DNA of 18,092 nucleotides from an uncultured archaeon (GCA_964583985.1 CAZOYD010000066.1:1-18092), one strand, 5' to 3'. Positions 1 to 10,804 are shown, counted from the first letter of the stretch. Notes: generated from the letters alone by a model not told the origin. Numbers and translations are program-made.

Positions 1-644
1 ATGGGTGTTCCAATCTGTCTCGAATATTTAACTGGTCCATCACTTTCCAATAACACGTGATCTATATCAACCATTTTAACAGTTTTTCTAACCGGAGGAG
101 AATATTTTATAGCGGGTGTTATCGAAAAATAATATCCTCTTTCAATTCCTTCTTTCAAAAATTGTTCTGGTCCTGAATACCAATGTATATTCACATTAGA
201 GATATTATATGATGGGAGCAGTTCAAAAACTTCCTTTTCTGCTCCTTTTGTATGAAGATTTACGGGTAATTTTAACTCTTGTGCAAGGGAAAGCATTTTA
301 GAAAAAATCTTTTCTTGGAGTGGGTATGTCTTCTGATCTTTAATGAAATGGTGATCTAAACCAATCTCTCCAATACAACAAAGTGCATTTTTATTATTCC
401 TAATTAATTCCTCAACTGATCCAATCATTTTATCAATCTGGTTATTCATTTGAATTTCTTCAGGATGAATCCCTAAGGAAGGATAAAAGAGATCATTTTG
501 TTCACATAATTCCAGTATTCTCTTTTGACTAATAATGCTCATTGAAACTGCGATTACTTTCTCTACACCCGCATTAAGCGAATCGTTAATTAATTGATCT
601 AATGCGAGATATAAATTCGCATGACAATGGACATCAATTAACAT
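1..644 (-). CDS. tatD: TatD-family metallo-dependent deoxyribonuclease (3' end runs off the window)
   Basis: Hand translation from ATG at 644: MLIDVHCHAN...SLGIHPEE...CIGEIGLDHHF...LPVNLHTKG...NIHWYSG...VLLESDGP. These match the TatD DxHxH, GxHP, GEIGLD, LH, HW and LLE(T/S)DxP motifs. Absent from the ORF track because it is partial. Confidence 0.93.
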   Translation of the reverse strand, partial: MLIDVHCHANLYLALDQLINDSLNAGVEKVIAVSMSIISQKRILELCEQNDLFYPSLGIHPEEIQMNNQIDKMIGSVEELIRNNKNALCCIGEIGLDHHFIKDQKTYPLQEKIFSKMLSLAQELKLPVNLHTKGAEKEVFELLPSYNISNVNIHWYSGPEQFLKEGIERGYYFSITPAIKYSPPVRKTVKMVDIDHVLLESDGPVKYSRQIGTP

Positions 645-688
645 TAAAACACCCTAGATTTTTTATGTTATGGAAAAAGAGCAAATAT

Positions 689-1024
689 TCATAATTGGTT
701 TATTTCTGCTCTTAATTTTACAATTTTCATGACAAGATTAAATTTACCGTGAGGATAATCTTGTGTCTCAAGATATTGATTTAATTGGTCTAGTTCTTTA
801 ATTAAATATTTCTTAATATCTTCTTTCGTTACATTACCTAAAAGTTTTGGGAGAGGTTCGAATTTTTGAGTTCGCTTCATTCGCAAATCAGATATTGCTT
901 TAGCTAACAGAGCTTGAAAACCTTTAGATTTTGAAGGATCTACGCCATCAAGAGTGTCTAATGTTGTCTTAAGGCCGTCAATAAAAGCTTCTAAATCCTT
1001 AATATCAATTTTCTCATCATTCAT
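689..1024 (-). CDS. Hypothetical small helical protein (111 aa)
   Basis: ORF with ATG start, co-oriented between the FGase-like gene and tatD; no recognisable motif. Confidence 0.7.
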   Translation of the reverse strand: MNDEKIDIKDLEAFIDGLKTTLDTLDGVDPSKSKGFQALLAKAISDLRMKRTQKFEPLPKLLGNVTKEDIKKYLIKELDQLNQYLETQDYPHGKFNLVMKIVKLRAEINQL

Positions 1025-1120
1025 TTAAGATCATGAAAATCATATAAAGATGTTATTATATCCTATATAGCTTTTTAACATATATATTTCTTTATTCTAA
1101 TTGATCTATAGATAAAACTA

Positions 1121-1885
1121 TCATGAAAAATCTTTTTCAAGTTCATGAACGATAATCTCTGCGAGGTTAATCAACACCTTTCTTCTTAACTCCTCATCTT
1201 TAATTCTGATTTTATCCGAAAATTCGATTTGAATGGATTGGCTGTTTTTGATGTTATTTGCACCATATTTTTTAGTGATAAATCCACCGGTCAAAACATA
1301 TTCTTTTCTTAAATGGTGACCAGGAGCAATCTGAATACCAATTTTATTAAAACGTTTGATAATTTTACCGCGTACATTTTTGCCTTGTTCCTTTTTAGGC
1401 AAGGGTTCTGAAAATAATGTTTTTAAATTATTAGTCCCTAATATCAATTCAACATCTCTAAAACCATGAGGACGCCTGTTTGATTCGAATCCATGAATAT
1501 CGACCAATAATGACTTATTAAATTGTTCCAAATTAAGATAAATATATTCATTTAGCTTGGAATGATAATATTGATATATTTCATTAGCAAACATAGAAGT
1601 ACTCACAAAAGCTGTCAATTTTTCTCTATTCAAGTCTATGTTTTTCCTACTCACCAAAGAAAAAACATAACTCGGGATTTTAGCTTCATTATTATGCACT
1701 TCATATACTGATTTTATTTGTTCAATTAGCTCGACTGCAATTTCTATCGTATTTTTATCAATGCCACGAATACCACTTTTTCGTTCAGGTATTTCATCAA
1801 TGATGGTCTTCCCTCCATGAGGAACTGATAAAATTAATGGTAAATTTCCTCGATAACATTTGATATATTTCGCAAAATCATGCAT
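1121..1885 (-). CDS. N-formylglutamate amidohydrolase-like Zn-dependent hydrolase
   Basis: Motifs LILSVPHGG, D..T, SR..IDLNR, YH..L, LLVDIHG, LGT and SIQIE are typical of the FGase family. Confidence 0.75.
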   Translation of the reverse strand: MHDFAKYIKCYRGNLPLILSVPHGGKTIIDEIPERKSGIRGIDKNTIEIAVELIEQIKSVYEVHNNEAKIPSYVFSLVSRKNIDLNREKLTAFVSTSMFANEIYQYYHSKLNEYIYLNLEQFNKSLLVDIHGFESNRRPHGFRDVELILGTNNLKTLFSEPLPKKEQGKNVRGKIIKRFNKIGIQIAPGHHLRKEYVLTGGFITKKYGANNIKNSQSIQIEFSDKIRIKDEELRRKVLINLAEIIVHELEKDFS

Positions 1886-1938
1886 AATAATGAACTCAAT
1901 AAATTAGAAAAATAAGGAAAAAAAATAAATATATGGAT

Positions 1939-2394
1939 TTAAGTATAGTAGTATGCGCGCATGATCATAAATACACCTAACCATAAACCAAAACCGCAGA
2001 TACCCAAGATATAATATGCCCAAAAGATGTTCTTATCAAATAGCCAATGGCAAAATGCCCAACTACCTAACGCACCTACCATCCCCATTAATATATCTGT
2101 TATTATGTTAGGCAAACTATCTACTCGCCCCTCAAATTTCCAGCCTAACTGAATGAAAAGGAGATTTTCTAAAAGCTCCCATCCAATAAATAATACGACT
2201 GATAAAATAAACACAAATAATAGAGAAAATAATGGAGTCTTCCCTCTTTTTTTGGGAATGGTATAAAATAAACTCAGTATAGTAAAAGCACCAATACCAA
2301 AACAAATATGACCTATTGAATAAAAATCAAACCAAGAAACACCCACTTCGGAAATATTTTCAGCAAACAGCCAATTAAACATCATGTATATCAT
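1939..2394 (-). CDS. Small integral membrane protein (~4 TM) with H...WE..E...N..TD motif
   Basis: Four hydrophobic segments. D.YSIGH / GWELLE / NIITD resembles membrane-embedded metal-binding motifs. Start may be at MMFNW. Confidence 0.75.
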   Translation of the reverse strand: MIYMMFNWLFAENISEVGVSWFDFYSIGHICFGIGAFTILSLFYTIPKKRGKTPLFSLLFVFILSVVLFIGWELLENLLFIQLGWKFEGRVDSLPNIITDILMGMVGALGSWAFCHWLFDKNIFWAYYILGICGFGLWLGVFMIMRAYYYT

Positions 2395-2478
2395 TCACCA
2401 AATAATGGTTTTTAATTGATTTTATTTAAAAAGCAATTGAATTATATATATAATTAGGTCTCCGGTTTTAAAATTATT

Positions 2479-3780
2479 ATGATCAATCACTTGAAGAATC
2501 AAATTGCATTAGTATTATATTACCATAAAGATCACATTTTTTCCTATAATGCTCTTGTAGCAGCTGTAGAAACCGAAAGCTATCTGGATGATATTAAAAT
2601 TGCTTTCATTCGCAAGAAAGAAGAATTAATCACGGAGATCAAAAAGTTAATCTTAAACAATTATTCTGTCATTTTGGGAATATCATTCTTCACAACTCAA
2701 ATTTGGGACACTTATGAATTAATCAGTCTGTTAAGAAAAAAATTCACTAAACAGATCACTATCATTGCTGGAGGATCCCATCCTACTGGAGATCCATCAG
2801 GAACCCTAAAAATGGGCGTAGATATTGTTGTCATTGGAGAAGGAGAGCAAACTTTAATAGAAATACTAAAAAGAGTAATAGATGGAGGAGAAATTAAACG
2901 AGTGAAAGGTGTAGCACTTCTTCTTGATGATAAGGAAATTTATTTCACCGAAAAAAGAGACCCTATTGATTTAAATCAATATCCTCCATTGCCTCAAAAA
3001 CACACTAAATTTGGAGCAATTGAAATTACTCGAGGGTGCCCATATAGGTGTTATTTTTGCCAAACGTCTTACATTTTCGGAACTAGTCCAAGACATAGAA
3101 ATATCGATTCGATCTGTAATGCTATTAAATTTATGAAGCAGTATAATAAGAATGATATAAGATTTTTATCCCCCAATGCCTTTTCCTACGGATCTATTGA
3201 TGGTAAAATATTGAATTTACCTAAATTAGAAGAATTACTTGAGCGAACTAAGGAGATTATTGAACCCAAGGGAAGAATCTTTTTCGGTTCATTCCCTTCC
3301 GAAGTGCGGCCAGAGCATGTTACTCAAGAAACTATCAATTTAATTCTAAATTACGCTGCAAATGATAACTTAGTGATCGGGGCTCAATCAGGTAGTCAAA
3401 AAATATTAGATGCTTGTAATAGAGGACATGATACTGAAGATGTATATAATGCAGTGAAATTGACACTTAAATCAGGGTTAAAAGCTTATGTTGATTTTAT
3501 TTATGGTCTTCCAAATGAAAATGACGAAGATATTCAATTAACTTTTAAATTTATGAAAACTCTTACAGAAATGGGCGCAAAAATTCATGCACACTCCTTT
3601 ATGCCACTTCCAAAAACTCCATTTGCTAAAATGCCAGTAAAGATGTTCACACATGCTTTCAATAAACAAATTAACCTATTAAATAGGCAAGGAATTTTAT
3701 TTGGAGAATGGAAAAAACAAGAGAAGTTAGCCATGAAAATCTCCAAATATCTAATAGAAAACAGGTTAGATGGTTTTTAA
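2479..3780 (+). CDS. B12-binding domain radical SAM protein (TIGR04013-like)
   Basis: N-terminal cobalamin-binding region (IAGGSHPTGDP, VVIGEGE), EITRGCPYRCYFCQT (CxxxCxxC), FFGSFPSEVRPE, IGAQSGS, HAHSFMPLPKTPF. Confidence 0.9.
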   Translation: MINHLKNQIALVLYYHKDHIFSYNALVAAVETESYLDDIKIAFIRKKEELITEIKKLILNNYSVILGISFFTTQIWDTYELISLLRKKFTKQITIIAGGSHPTGDPSGTLKMGVDIVVIGEGEQTLIEILKRVIDGGEIKRVKGVALLLDDKEIYFTEKRDPIDLNQYPPLPQKHTKFGAIEITRGCPYRCYFCQTSYIFGTSPRHRNIDSICNAIKFMKQYNKNDIRFLSPNAFSYGSIDGKILNLPKLEELLERTKEIIEPKGRIFFGSFPSEVRPEHVTQETINLILNYAANDNLVIGAQSGSQKILDACNRGHDTEDVYNAVKLTLKSGLKAYVDFIYGLPNENDEDIQLTFKFMKTLTEMGAKIHAHSFMPLPKTPFAKMPVKMFTHAFNKQINLLNRQGILFGEWKKQEKLAMKISKYLIENRLDGF

Positions 3781-4646
3781 TCTTTAATGAAAAACTTGTC
3801 TCGCTCTTGTCGAATAAAACCTTCTTTTTTAAGAGTATTCAAAATTTCGATGATTTTCTTTTCTTCATAATTAATTGTATCAATTATTTCTTTTATTGAA
3901 AGAGATTTCTTTAAAAGTAGTTTTAGGATTTTTCCTCGTATTTGTCTAGTTGAACCATCAAAGTTTGACTGTTTTCTATAATGAACACTTCTTTTATTTA
4001 AATCTGGATGGGTTTTTTTTAACATGGTCCCAAAATCCATTAAAGCATAATACCAATCTCTTGGATTTTCTCTATCTACAGAAATCTTTACTATTTCCAT
4101 TATATCTTTATCATCAATTTGAGATTTTCCCGGAAAGAAAAAATATATGTATACACGTCTAACATTCGTTTCGATAAAAAATGTTGGGATGTTATAAGCA
4201 AAACTCAATATGGAAGACGCAGTGTTATGACCGATTTGGGGAAGTGAAGTTAATGCGTTTATTTCTTTTGGCACCTCTCCATTGAATTCACTCAAAATCC
4301 GCTCAGCTATCTCTTTTAAAGCGATTGCTCTTCGATTATAACCTAATCCTTGCCACGTAGATAATAATTCTTCAACTGATGCTTGAGCTAAAGATTTAAA
4401 ATCGGGAAACTTATTTATGAATTCTACAAATTTTTCAGCAACTCGATTTGTTTGAGTCTGCTGCAACATTATTTCAGAAACCACTACTTTATAAGGGGTA
4501 ATGTTCTCTCTAAAAGGAAAGCTTCTTTTTTTACGATTATAAAACGAGTAAATAAAATCTTGGAATGCTTTTATGACTTCACTAGTCAACCCTTGGGACT
4601 TGTAAAGCTTGTGAAAATCAGAGATTAAAACGATTTTATAATTCAA
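3777..4646 (-). CDS. mutY: A/G-specific adenine glycosylase-like HhH-GPD protein (MutY-like, no Fe-S cluster cysteines, C-terminal winged-helix-like tail)
   Basis: PYKVVVSEIMLQQTQ, WQGLGYNRRA, LPQIGHNTA (HhH), ETNVRRV, ALMDFG. TTG start; stop overlaps the stop of the convergent radical SAM gene. Confidence 0.85.
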   Translation of the reverse strand: MNYKIVLISDFHKLYKSQGLTSEVIKAFQDFIYSFYNRKKRSFPFRENITPYKVVVSEIMLQQTQTNRVAEKFVEFINKFPDFKSLAQASVEELLSTWQGLGYNRRAIALKEIAERILSEFNGEVPKEINALTSLPQIGHNTASSILSFAYNIPTFFIETNVRRVYIYFFFPGKSQIDDKDIMEIVKISVDRENPRDWYYALMDFGTMLKKTHPDLNKRSVHYRKQSNFDGSTRQIRGKILKLLLKKSLSIKEIIDTINYEEKKIIEILNTLKKEGFIRQERDKFFIKD

Positions 4647-4728
4647 TTTTGTTCTGTATATACCAATAAATAGTGATAAAAGAAATTAATGTTTTTAAAA
4701 AGAAGGCGAGTACATTATTGATTCTAAA

Positions 4729-6639
4729 TTATTTTGCTATATTAAATGCAAATTCTGTAACCCCACTCTCTATTTTATTCAATGTTAATTTAAAACCTGA
4801 GGTGTTGATTATATGTAACATTGATTTATTTTCAAGAAGTATAGATCCACCAAAAGTCTTGTAATTAAGTTCACGACCAATTTGTACTAAACGATTTAAT
4901 AGAAATTTAGTTATGCCCAAGCCTCTCCAATCTTTTTGCACGATAAATGCTAATTCCGCTAATGATGGTTGGAATGTTTTAAAAAAAGCTCCCATGGCAA
5001 TAATTTTTCTTTCTCCTTCTTCTTCTATTTCTCCTATTAATATCATATCCGTAGTATAATCAATATTAACCATCGGTTGCATTTTTTTATGACGAAAATC
5101 ATGAATTGGAGAAAAAAATCTTAAATACCGATCTTGATCATCAAGGGAATAATGAAGCTCTTGAATCAATCTTTCGTCCGTTGGTTTAATGGGTCTTATA
5201 TTGATCATCTTTCCATTCTTTAATTTGAACGATGTTTCATATTTTTCGGGGTAAATGCTAATTCTACCATCAATGGATACAGGTAACTTTTGATCAGAAT
5301 AAACGTAGTTCCATTTTTTTGCATGTTCCAAGAGTTCCTCACGAAAATCAGGATGGGCAATGTTAATCATCTCAAGTACTCTCTCTCTTATACTCTTACC
5401 ATATAAGTAAGCAATTCCCCATTCTGTTGCAACATAATGTACATCTCCCCGAGTAATTACCACCCCACTGCCTGGTTGGAGAAAGGGGACAATTCGAGAT
5501 ATTATTTTACCATCCTCTAACGTAGCAGTAGAAGGGAGAACCATTATTGGTTTACCATCTATTGCTCTTGCTGATCCTCTAACAAAATCAACTTGACCCC
5601 CGATACCACTATAAAATTGATGTCCTATCGAATCCGAATTAACTTGACCCGTAAGATCTACTGAAAGTGCTGCATTTATTGCCACTTGCTTTTTATTTTG
5701 ACTTATAATATATGGATCGTTTGTATAATCGCAAGGATGAAATTCTACCATCGGATTATCATTACAAAAATTATATAACCGGTGAGATCCCATGACAAAG
5801 GAGCAAATAATTTTATCCTTATGGATTGTCTTCTTTTTACATGTTACAACACCCTTTTCGACAAGATCTACAATTCCATCTGAAAAAACCTCGCTATGCA
5901 CTCCTAGATTCTTCTTATTTTCTAGTTCAATTGTAACAGCGTTAGGGATCTGACCTATACCCATTTGTATTGTTGATTCGTCTTCAATCAAAGAGGCAAC
6001 AAATTTAGCTATTTTTTGGGCGACTTCATCCGTTTCACCGTAATCGTATTCTATGATATCATGATTAGATACGATAAAAGAATCTATATCATCCATATGT
6101 ATGAATGAATCTCCAAGGGTTCGAGGCATCTTTGGATTGATTTCAGCAACAACAAAATCTGCTTCTTCAGCAATTGGTTTAACAATATCCACATTAATTC
6201 CAAAACTACAATATCCATATTTATCTGGAGGACTTACTTGAATGAGAGCTGTATCAAGGTGCATTTTTCCAAGTTTAAAAAGCCAGGGGATTTCTGACAA
6301 TAACATTGGAGTATAATCAGCTTGGCCTCCTTTTATATATTTGCGAAGTGATTTACCAATGAAAAATGCATTATGGCGATATAAATCTTCAATTCCACCT
6401 GCAGTTTCATAATAATCCAAATCACTCAAACTCAAGAAATGTAATATCTCAACATCCGGTAGCTTTGGACCCAAAGTAATTAACTTTTGCGTGAGGTCTA
6501 ATGGTTCAGCACAACCCGAATCAATAAAAATTCTATCGCCTGGTTTAATAAATTTCAAAATGGCATTCTCAATGGAAACCTTCTTTTTTTCGTATTTTTT
6601 TAATGATCCAAGTAAATCTAATTCAAATTTATCAGACAT
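4729..6639 (-). CDS. Acetyl-CoA hydrolase / 4-hydroxybutyrate CoA-transferase family protein fused to a C-terminal GNAT domain
   Basis: QVSPPDKYGYCSFG, QMGIGQIP, LGVHSE, DLTGQVNSDSIG, SGIGGQVDF, VHYVATEWG; C-terminal IRPIKPTD...RYLRFF...AELAFIVQKDWRGLG GNAT region. Confidence 0.9.
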   Translation of the reverse strand: MSDKFELDLLGSLKKYEKKKVSIENAILKFIKPGDRIFIDSGCAEPLDLTQKLITLGPKLPDVEILHFLSLSDLDYYETAGGIEDLYRHNAFFIGKSLRKYIKGGQADYTPMLLSEIPWLFKLGKMHLDTALIQVSPPDKYGYCSFGINVDIVKPIAEEADFVVAEINPKMPRTLGDSFIHMDDIDSFIVSNHDIIEYDYGETDEVAQKIAKFVASLIEDESTIQMGIGQIPNAVTIELENKKNLGVHSEVFSDGIVDLVEKGVVTCKKKTIHKDKIICSFVMGSHRLYNFCNDNPMVEFHPCDYTNDPYIISQNKKQVAINAALSVDLTGQVNSDSIGHQFYSGIGGQVDFVRGSARAIDGKPIMVLPSTATLEDGKIISRIVPFLQPGSGVVITRGDVHYVATEWGIAYLYGKSIRERVLEMINIAHPDFREELLEHAKKWNYVYSDQKLPVSIDGRISIYPEKYETSFKLKNGKMINIRPIKPTDERLIQELHYSLDDQDRYLRFFSPIHDFRHKKMQPMVNIDYTTDMILIGEIEEEGERKIIAMGAFFKTFQPSLAELAFIVQKDWRGLGITKFLLNRLVQIGRELNYKTFGGSILLENKSMLHIINTSGFKLTLNKIESGVTEFAFNIAK

Positions 6640-6783
6640 AAAAACCCACTTGAAATAATACTAGTACTTTAAATTAATAAATAGAATTTGGAAACTATTA
6701 ATCTTATCTTGTTGACTAAAAAATCCTACCTTGTTTTAATCCACTATATCATAAAAAATATTTAATGATTAGATTTACAATAC

Positions 6784-7395
6784 TTATCTTGCTGACTTGA
6801 TTATAAGCGCTACAAGTTTATTAATATACTTACTTTTCTGAATTTTACAGATATGGGCTACTTTTTTAAAATTAAATGATTCTGCTAAAGCATCCAAATA
6901 GGAGATATTATATAAAATTGAGATGTACGAATTATTTTTCATGAAAAGATCCTCCAATTCTAATTGAATTTGATTTTTAGTGACGCTTTTTGAAGATTCT
7001 TTAATTCGTTTTGACACTTCCTCAAGAACATGATTAAAATGAATATCACGTATTCTCGAGATTAATGAACTAAGAACCAAGATATACAATAATATTATAT
7101 CAAAATTAGTATCCTTGAGTGCTGCAAGTTTAATCTCAACTTCTTGGTTAATTTCTTTGATGGAATTTTCATCTACTCCTCTTATTTGGGTAAAAGGATG
7201 GAAAAATTTTAAATATTCACCTTCTAAAAAGAATTCAAGGTTTTTTAGAAATAATTCCTTAAATTTTTTAACAACTAATCCCGAATTTCGGATCTTTATC
7301 GATACATCGGGTGTTCTGCCAGTAATTCTATCACTACCATGAATATAAAACTGTTGTTCTATTAAATTATCCGTAGCTTTGTAAAGTCTTTGCAT
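6784..7395 (-). CDS. Hypothetical protein (203 aa)
   Basis: Long ORF with normal composition; no recognised motif. Confidence 0.7.
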   Translation of the reverse strand: MQRLYKATDNLIEQQFYIHGSDRITGRTPDVSIKIRNSGLVVKKFKELFLKNLEFFLEGEYLKFFHPFTQIRGVDENSIKEINQEVEIKLAALKDTNFDIILLYILVLSSLISRIRDIHFNHVLEEVSKRIKESSKSVTKNQIQLELEDLFMKNNSYISILYNISYLDALAESFNFKKVAHICKIQKSKYINKLVALIIKSAR

Positions 7396-7622
7396 TTCCG
7401 TATCTATAATATTGACACCCTAAAAATCTTAATTTTAAAATTTCATTTAAATCATGATAATTATAAGATTTAATCTTTTGTTATGCAAAAATCGAGATCT
7501 CTTAGGTTAAATAATATAGCACAAATATTAATTACGGTGTATAACATGTATATCATAATCGAAATTTGATTTTCACAAATTTTATCAAATCTAAATAAAA
7601 CGAACGTAGGAGTTATTATAAA

Positions 7623-9347
7623 ATGGGATTAAAAATAGCATCAACAATGGCAACCGTGTTCCTATTTGCAATGGTATATGCATTAGTATTCATTGTCGGA
7701 ATTTGGTTTTTACCCTCTGATCTAATTGGTCTTTTATTGATGATTGGATTCACGATACTTATAGTTTTATTTCAATATGGTATGTCTCCTCTAATAATAC
7801 GATGGATTTATAGAATTGAATGGATTCCTTATGAAAATTATGTTTCCAATTACCCACACTTGGGAAATGCGATAGATAAAGTTGTTGAAATCCAAGGAAT
7901 CAAAACCCCAAGAGTCGGAATTATTCATGATATGAACCCTAATGCTTTTACCTTCGGTTACACTAAAAATAGTGCTAGATTGGTAATCACTGATGGAATC
8001 TTGCATTATTTAGATGAACGAGAACAGACCGCTGTCGTCGCTCATGAATTAGGTCATATTGTCCATAATGATTTCATCCTGATGACCGTCGTGTTTGCAA
8101 TTCCTCTTATTTTTTTAACTGTTGCTAGGTGGTCGTATTATGCAGTTCGATTTTCTGGCGCTAGAAAATCAAGCAGTAGTGATTCTGGGGGATATATTGG
8201 GATAGCGTTATTCGCAATCGCCCTAATATCTTATCTAATGTATTATATCGGATTTTTAGTGTCTCTTGTTGTCAGTAGGATTCGTGAATATTATGCCGAT
8301 CAGCACGCGGCCGAATTAACGGAGGACCCAAATACATTATCTACTGCATTGGTTAAAATTGCTTATGGCCTATTAGTTGGAGGTACTGAAGTGCAAATAA
8401 AAGAACGAAATCAATCCAAAATAAGAGCTCTCAGAGGATTAGGCATCTTCGATCCAAAAAAAGCCAAACAAATCGCAGTACAAGGCATGGATGGATCTGG
8501 CAAGTATTCTAAAGACGTGATTCAAGCTGCCGCTGGTTGGGATCTCTTCAATCCGTGGGCTAAATATTTCCAAATTTTTAGCACGCACCCCTTACCTGCG
8601 AAAAGAATTCAACGACTCAATTCACAATGTGCAACATATGGAATACCAATAGAAATAGATTTCTCCAATGCACGGAAGATTAAAGAGGAACAAGTCGGAA
8701 AATCGATGGCGGGAGAATTCATCACTGATATCCTTATTAAGAAATTACCATCAATCCTTTTCTGGATTTCATTTTCATTATCTGTTCTATGGTTTCTTGG
8801 GTTTATTGGATTCTTGAGTTTAGGGACGTTAGGGGATTTACAAAACTTAAATCTTTTATGGATAGTGACGTTCTTTTTCATGGGATTTACTGTTATTGTA
8901 CGCACTAAATTCATGTACCGAAGCGGTTTTAAACCCAAAACTGTCGTCGATCTCGTTACACAGATCAACGTATCCCCTGTCAGACCCATTCCAGCTATGA
9001 TAGAAGGTGTTATTGTAGGAAAAGGGGTTCCGGGATATTATTTCAGTGATGACTTGTACTTTCAAGATAATACCGGACTTATGTACATTGATTATAGATT
9101 TGGACTTAGCATAGTCGACTTCTTCTGGGCAATCACAAAAGTAAAACATTTGATTGGACAAACGGTCAGAATTAGGGGATGGTATCGCCGTGGACCAAGT
9201 CCATATATTCAAATCGATAGATTAGAAACAAGAGAAGGAAGGGTCTTTAGAAATTATGCAAAACACATGACATATTTGCTTGCCGTGTTATTCTTCATTA
9301 TTGGATCGTTTCTATTTTATCTTTATTTTACAACATTTGTACTCTAA
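7623..9347 (+). CDS. htpX: HtpX-like M48 membrane zinc metalloprotease with long C-terminal extension
   Basis: PNAFTFG, AVVAHELGH (HExxH), SRIREYYAD, LSTALVKI, FSTHP; AGGAG ribosome-binding-like motif upstream. Confidence 0.88.
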   Translation: MGLKIASTMATVFLFAMVYALVFIVGIWFLPSDLIGLLLMIGFTILIVLFQYGMSPLIIRWIYRIEWIPYENYVSNYPHLGNAIDKVVEIQGIKTPRVGIIHDMNPNAFTFGYTKNSARLVITDGILHYLDEREQTAVVAHELGHIVHNDFILMTVVFAIPLIFLTVARWSYYAVRFSGARKSSSSDSGGYIGIALFAIALISYLMYYIGFLVSLVVSRIREYYADQHAAELTEDPNTLSTALVKIAYGLLVGGTEVQIKERNQSKIRALRGLGIFDPKKAKQIAVQGMDGSGKYSKDVIQAAAGWDLFNPWAKYFQIFSTHPLPAKRIQRLNSQCATYGIPIEIDFSNARKIKEEQVGKSMAGEFITDILIKKLPSILFWISFSLSVLWFLGFIGFLSLGTLGDLQNLNLLWIVTFFFMGFTVIVRTKFMYRSGFKPKTVVDLVTQINVSPVRPIPAMIEGVIVGKGVPGYYFSDDLYFQDNTGLMYIDYRFGLSIVDFFWAITKVKHLIGQTVRIRGWYRRGPSPYIQIDRLETREGRVFRNYAKHMTYLLAVLFFIIGSFLFYLYFTTFVL

Positions 9348-9375
9348 CAAGATTTTTTTTCTAATTAATTTTAAA

Positions 9376-9409
9376 TTTTTTTAAACTTTTTTTTAAACTT
9401 TTTTTAAAC
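9376..9409 (+). repeat. Three tandem T7-8AAAC units after htpX; probable oligo-T terminator region
   Basis: tttttttaaac / ttttttttaaac / tttttttaaac shortly downstream of the htpX stop and a preceding T run. Confidence 0.6.
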
Positions 9410-9471
9410 TTTTTACTGATGGTATCTTTTATTAAATCAAAGCTTTTCTTAATTACTCTTCTTAAGATATA

Positions 9472-10728
9472 ATGCTGGTGAAATACATGAATAAAAAGAA
9501 AGTGGAATTAATGGCTCCTTTAAAAAATATGAAGTCTTTAAATGCAGTAGTTGAAACTGTTGATGCGGTGTATTTTGGTGTCGAAGGTTTAAACATGAGG
9601 ATGTTTAGCGATAATTTCAAATTAAATAACTTGCAAAATATCGTGAAAACATGTCATGATAATGGTGTAAAAGCGTACCTTACGACCAACATCATCATCT
9701 ATGAAAATGAATTTGAATTATTGGATGCCATGTTAGAGAAGGCGGTAGAAGCAGAAATTGATGCCATTATCGTCCACGATATAGGCGCGATTGAGTTAGT
9801 GAAAGAAAAAGGATTAAACTTTCACATATCAACTCAAGCAAGCGTATCCAATTCAAGATCAGCTAAATTTTACGAAGCATTAGGAGCAAAAAGATTAATT
9901 CTAGCACGTGAATTATCTCTGGAACAAATTAAAGACATCAAACAGAAAATGCTAAAAGCGGAGATTGAAACCTTTGTTCATGGTGCCCAGTGCACTTCTA
10001 TTTCCGGTAGATGTTATTTCTCAGCAGAAACATGTGGAAGTCAAGAATATTCCGCAAATCGAGGGAGATGCGTGCAACCTTGCAGGAGGAGATGGCGCGT
10101 GTATGATGATCAGAATAATGAATTACTCTATGATGGAACTTTCTTTATCAATGCAAAAGATCTCTGCATGATTGCACACCTGCCAAAATTGATTGAAGCG
10201 AAGATTGATGCCTTCAAGATTGAAGGTAGAATGAGAGATCCCATCTACATCGAAGAAGTTACATCATGTTATCGAGAGGCAATTGATAGCTATTATGACA
10301 ATACATATACTCAAGAAAAGGTCACAAACTGGCTCAAACGACTCAATAGAGTGTATAACCGAGGCTTTTCAACCGGATTTTATTTTGGTTTGCCCAAAGG
10401 AAGCGAGATTCAGTCAAAACATGATGGAAATATCGCCACCCACAAAAAAATTGAAATTGGTAAAGTATTGAGCTATTTTCCAGAAAAAAATGCTGCCAAG
10501 ATATTACTAACCTCAGGAAAGCTCAAATTAAAGGATGAAATCTTCATTATCGGGACGCATACCGATACCTTTTTAAAACAAGAGATCAATTCGATCCAAA
10601 TCAAAGGAAAAAAGAATCTCTCCGAAACTCCATTTGTCTCCTCTCAAGAGAACAGAATCACGGTTGGAATTCGAGTGGATAAACCTGTTAAAAAAAATGA
10701 TAAAATTTTCATGATGGGATTAAAATAG
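9472..10728 (+). CDS. U32 'peptidase' family protein (Fe-S-dependent RNA hydroxylase-like, TrhP/RlhA-related)
   Basis: ELMAP, DAVYFG, HISTQASVSN, LILARELSL, ETFVHGAQCTSISGRC, NRGRCVQPCR, KDLC, FKIEGRMR. Confidence 0.88.
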   Translation: MLVKYMNKKKVELMAPLKNMKSLNAVVETVDAVYFGVEGLNMRMFSDNFKLNNLQNIVKTCHDNGVKAYLTTNIIIYENEFELLDAMLEKAVEAEIDAIIVHDIGAIELVKEKGLNFHISTQASVSNSRSAKFYEALGAKRLILARELSLEQIKDIKQKMLKAEIETFVHGAQCTSISGRCYFSAETCGSQEYSANRGRCVQPCRRRWRVYDDQNNELLYDGTFFINAKDLCMIAHLPKLIEAKIDAFKIEGRMRDPIYIEEVTSCYREAIDSYYDNTYTQEKVTNWLKRLNRVYNRGFSTGFYFGLPKGSEIQSKHDGNIATHKKIEIGKVLSYFPEKNAAKILLTSGKLKLKDEIFIIGTHTDTFLKQEINSIQIKGKKNLSETPFVSSQENRITVGIRVDKPVKKNDKIFMMGLK

Positions 10729-10804
10729 CAATAATTTTTAATACTTTACAATAATTTTGTGAAAATGAGAAAATTGTCATACCTTTTTAATCATTCTTAA
10801 CAGC

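Noticed and set aside
9376-9409. CRISPR array
   Set aside because: Short low-complexity tandem units without spacers; no cas genes.
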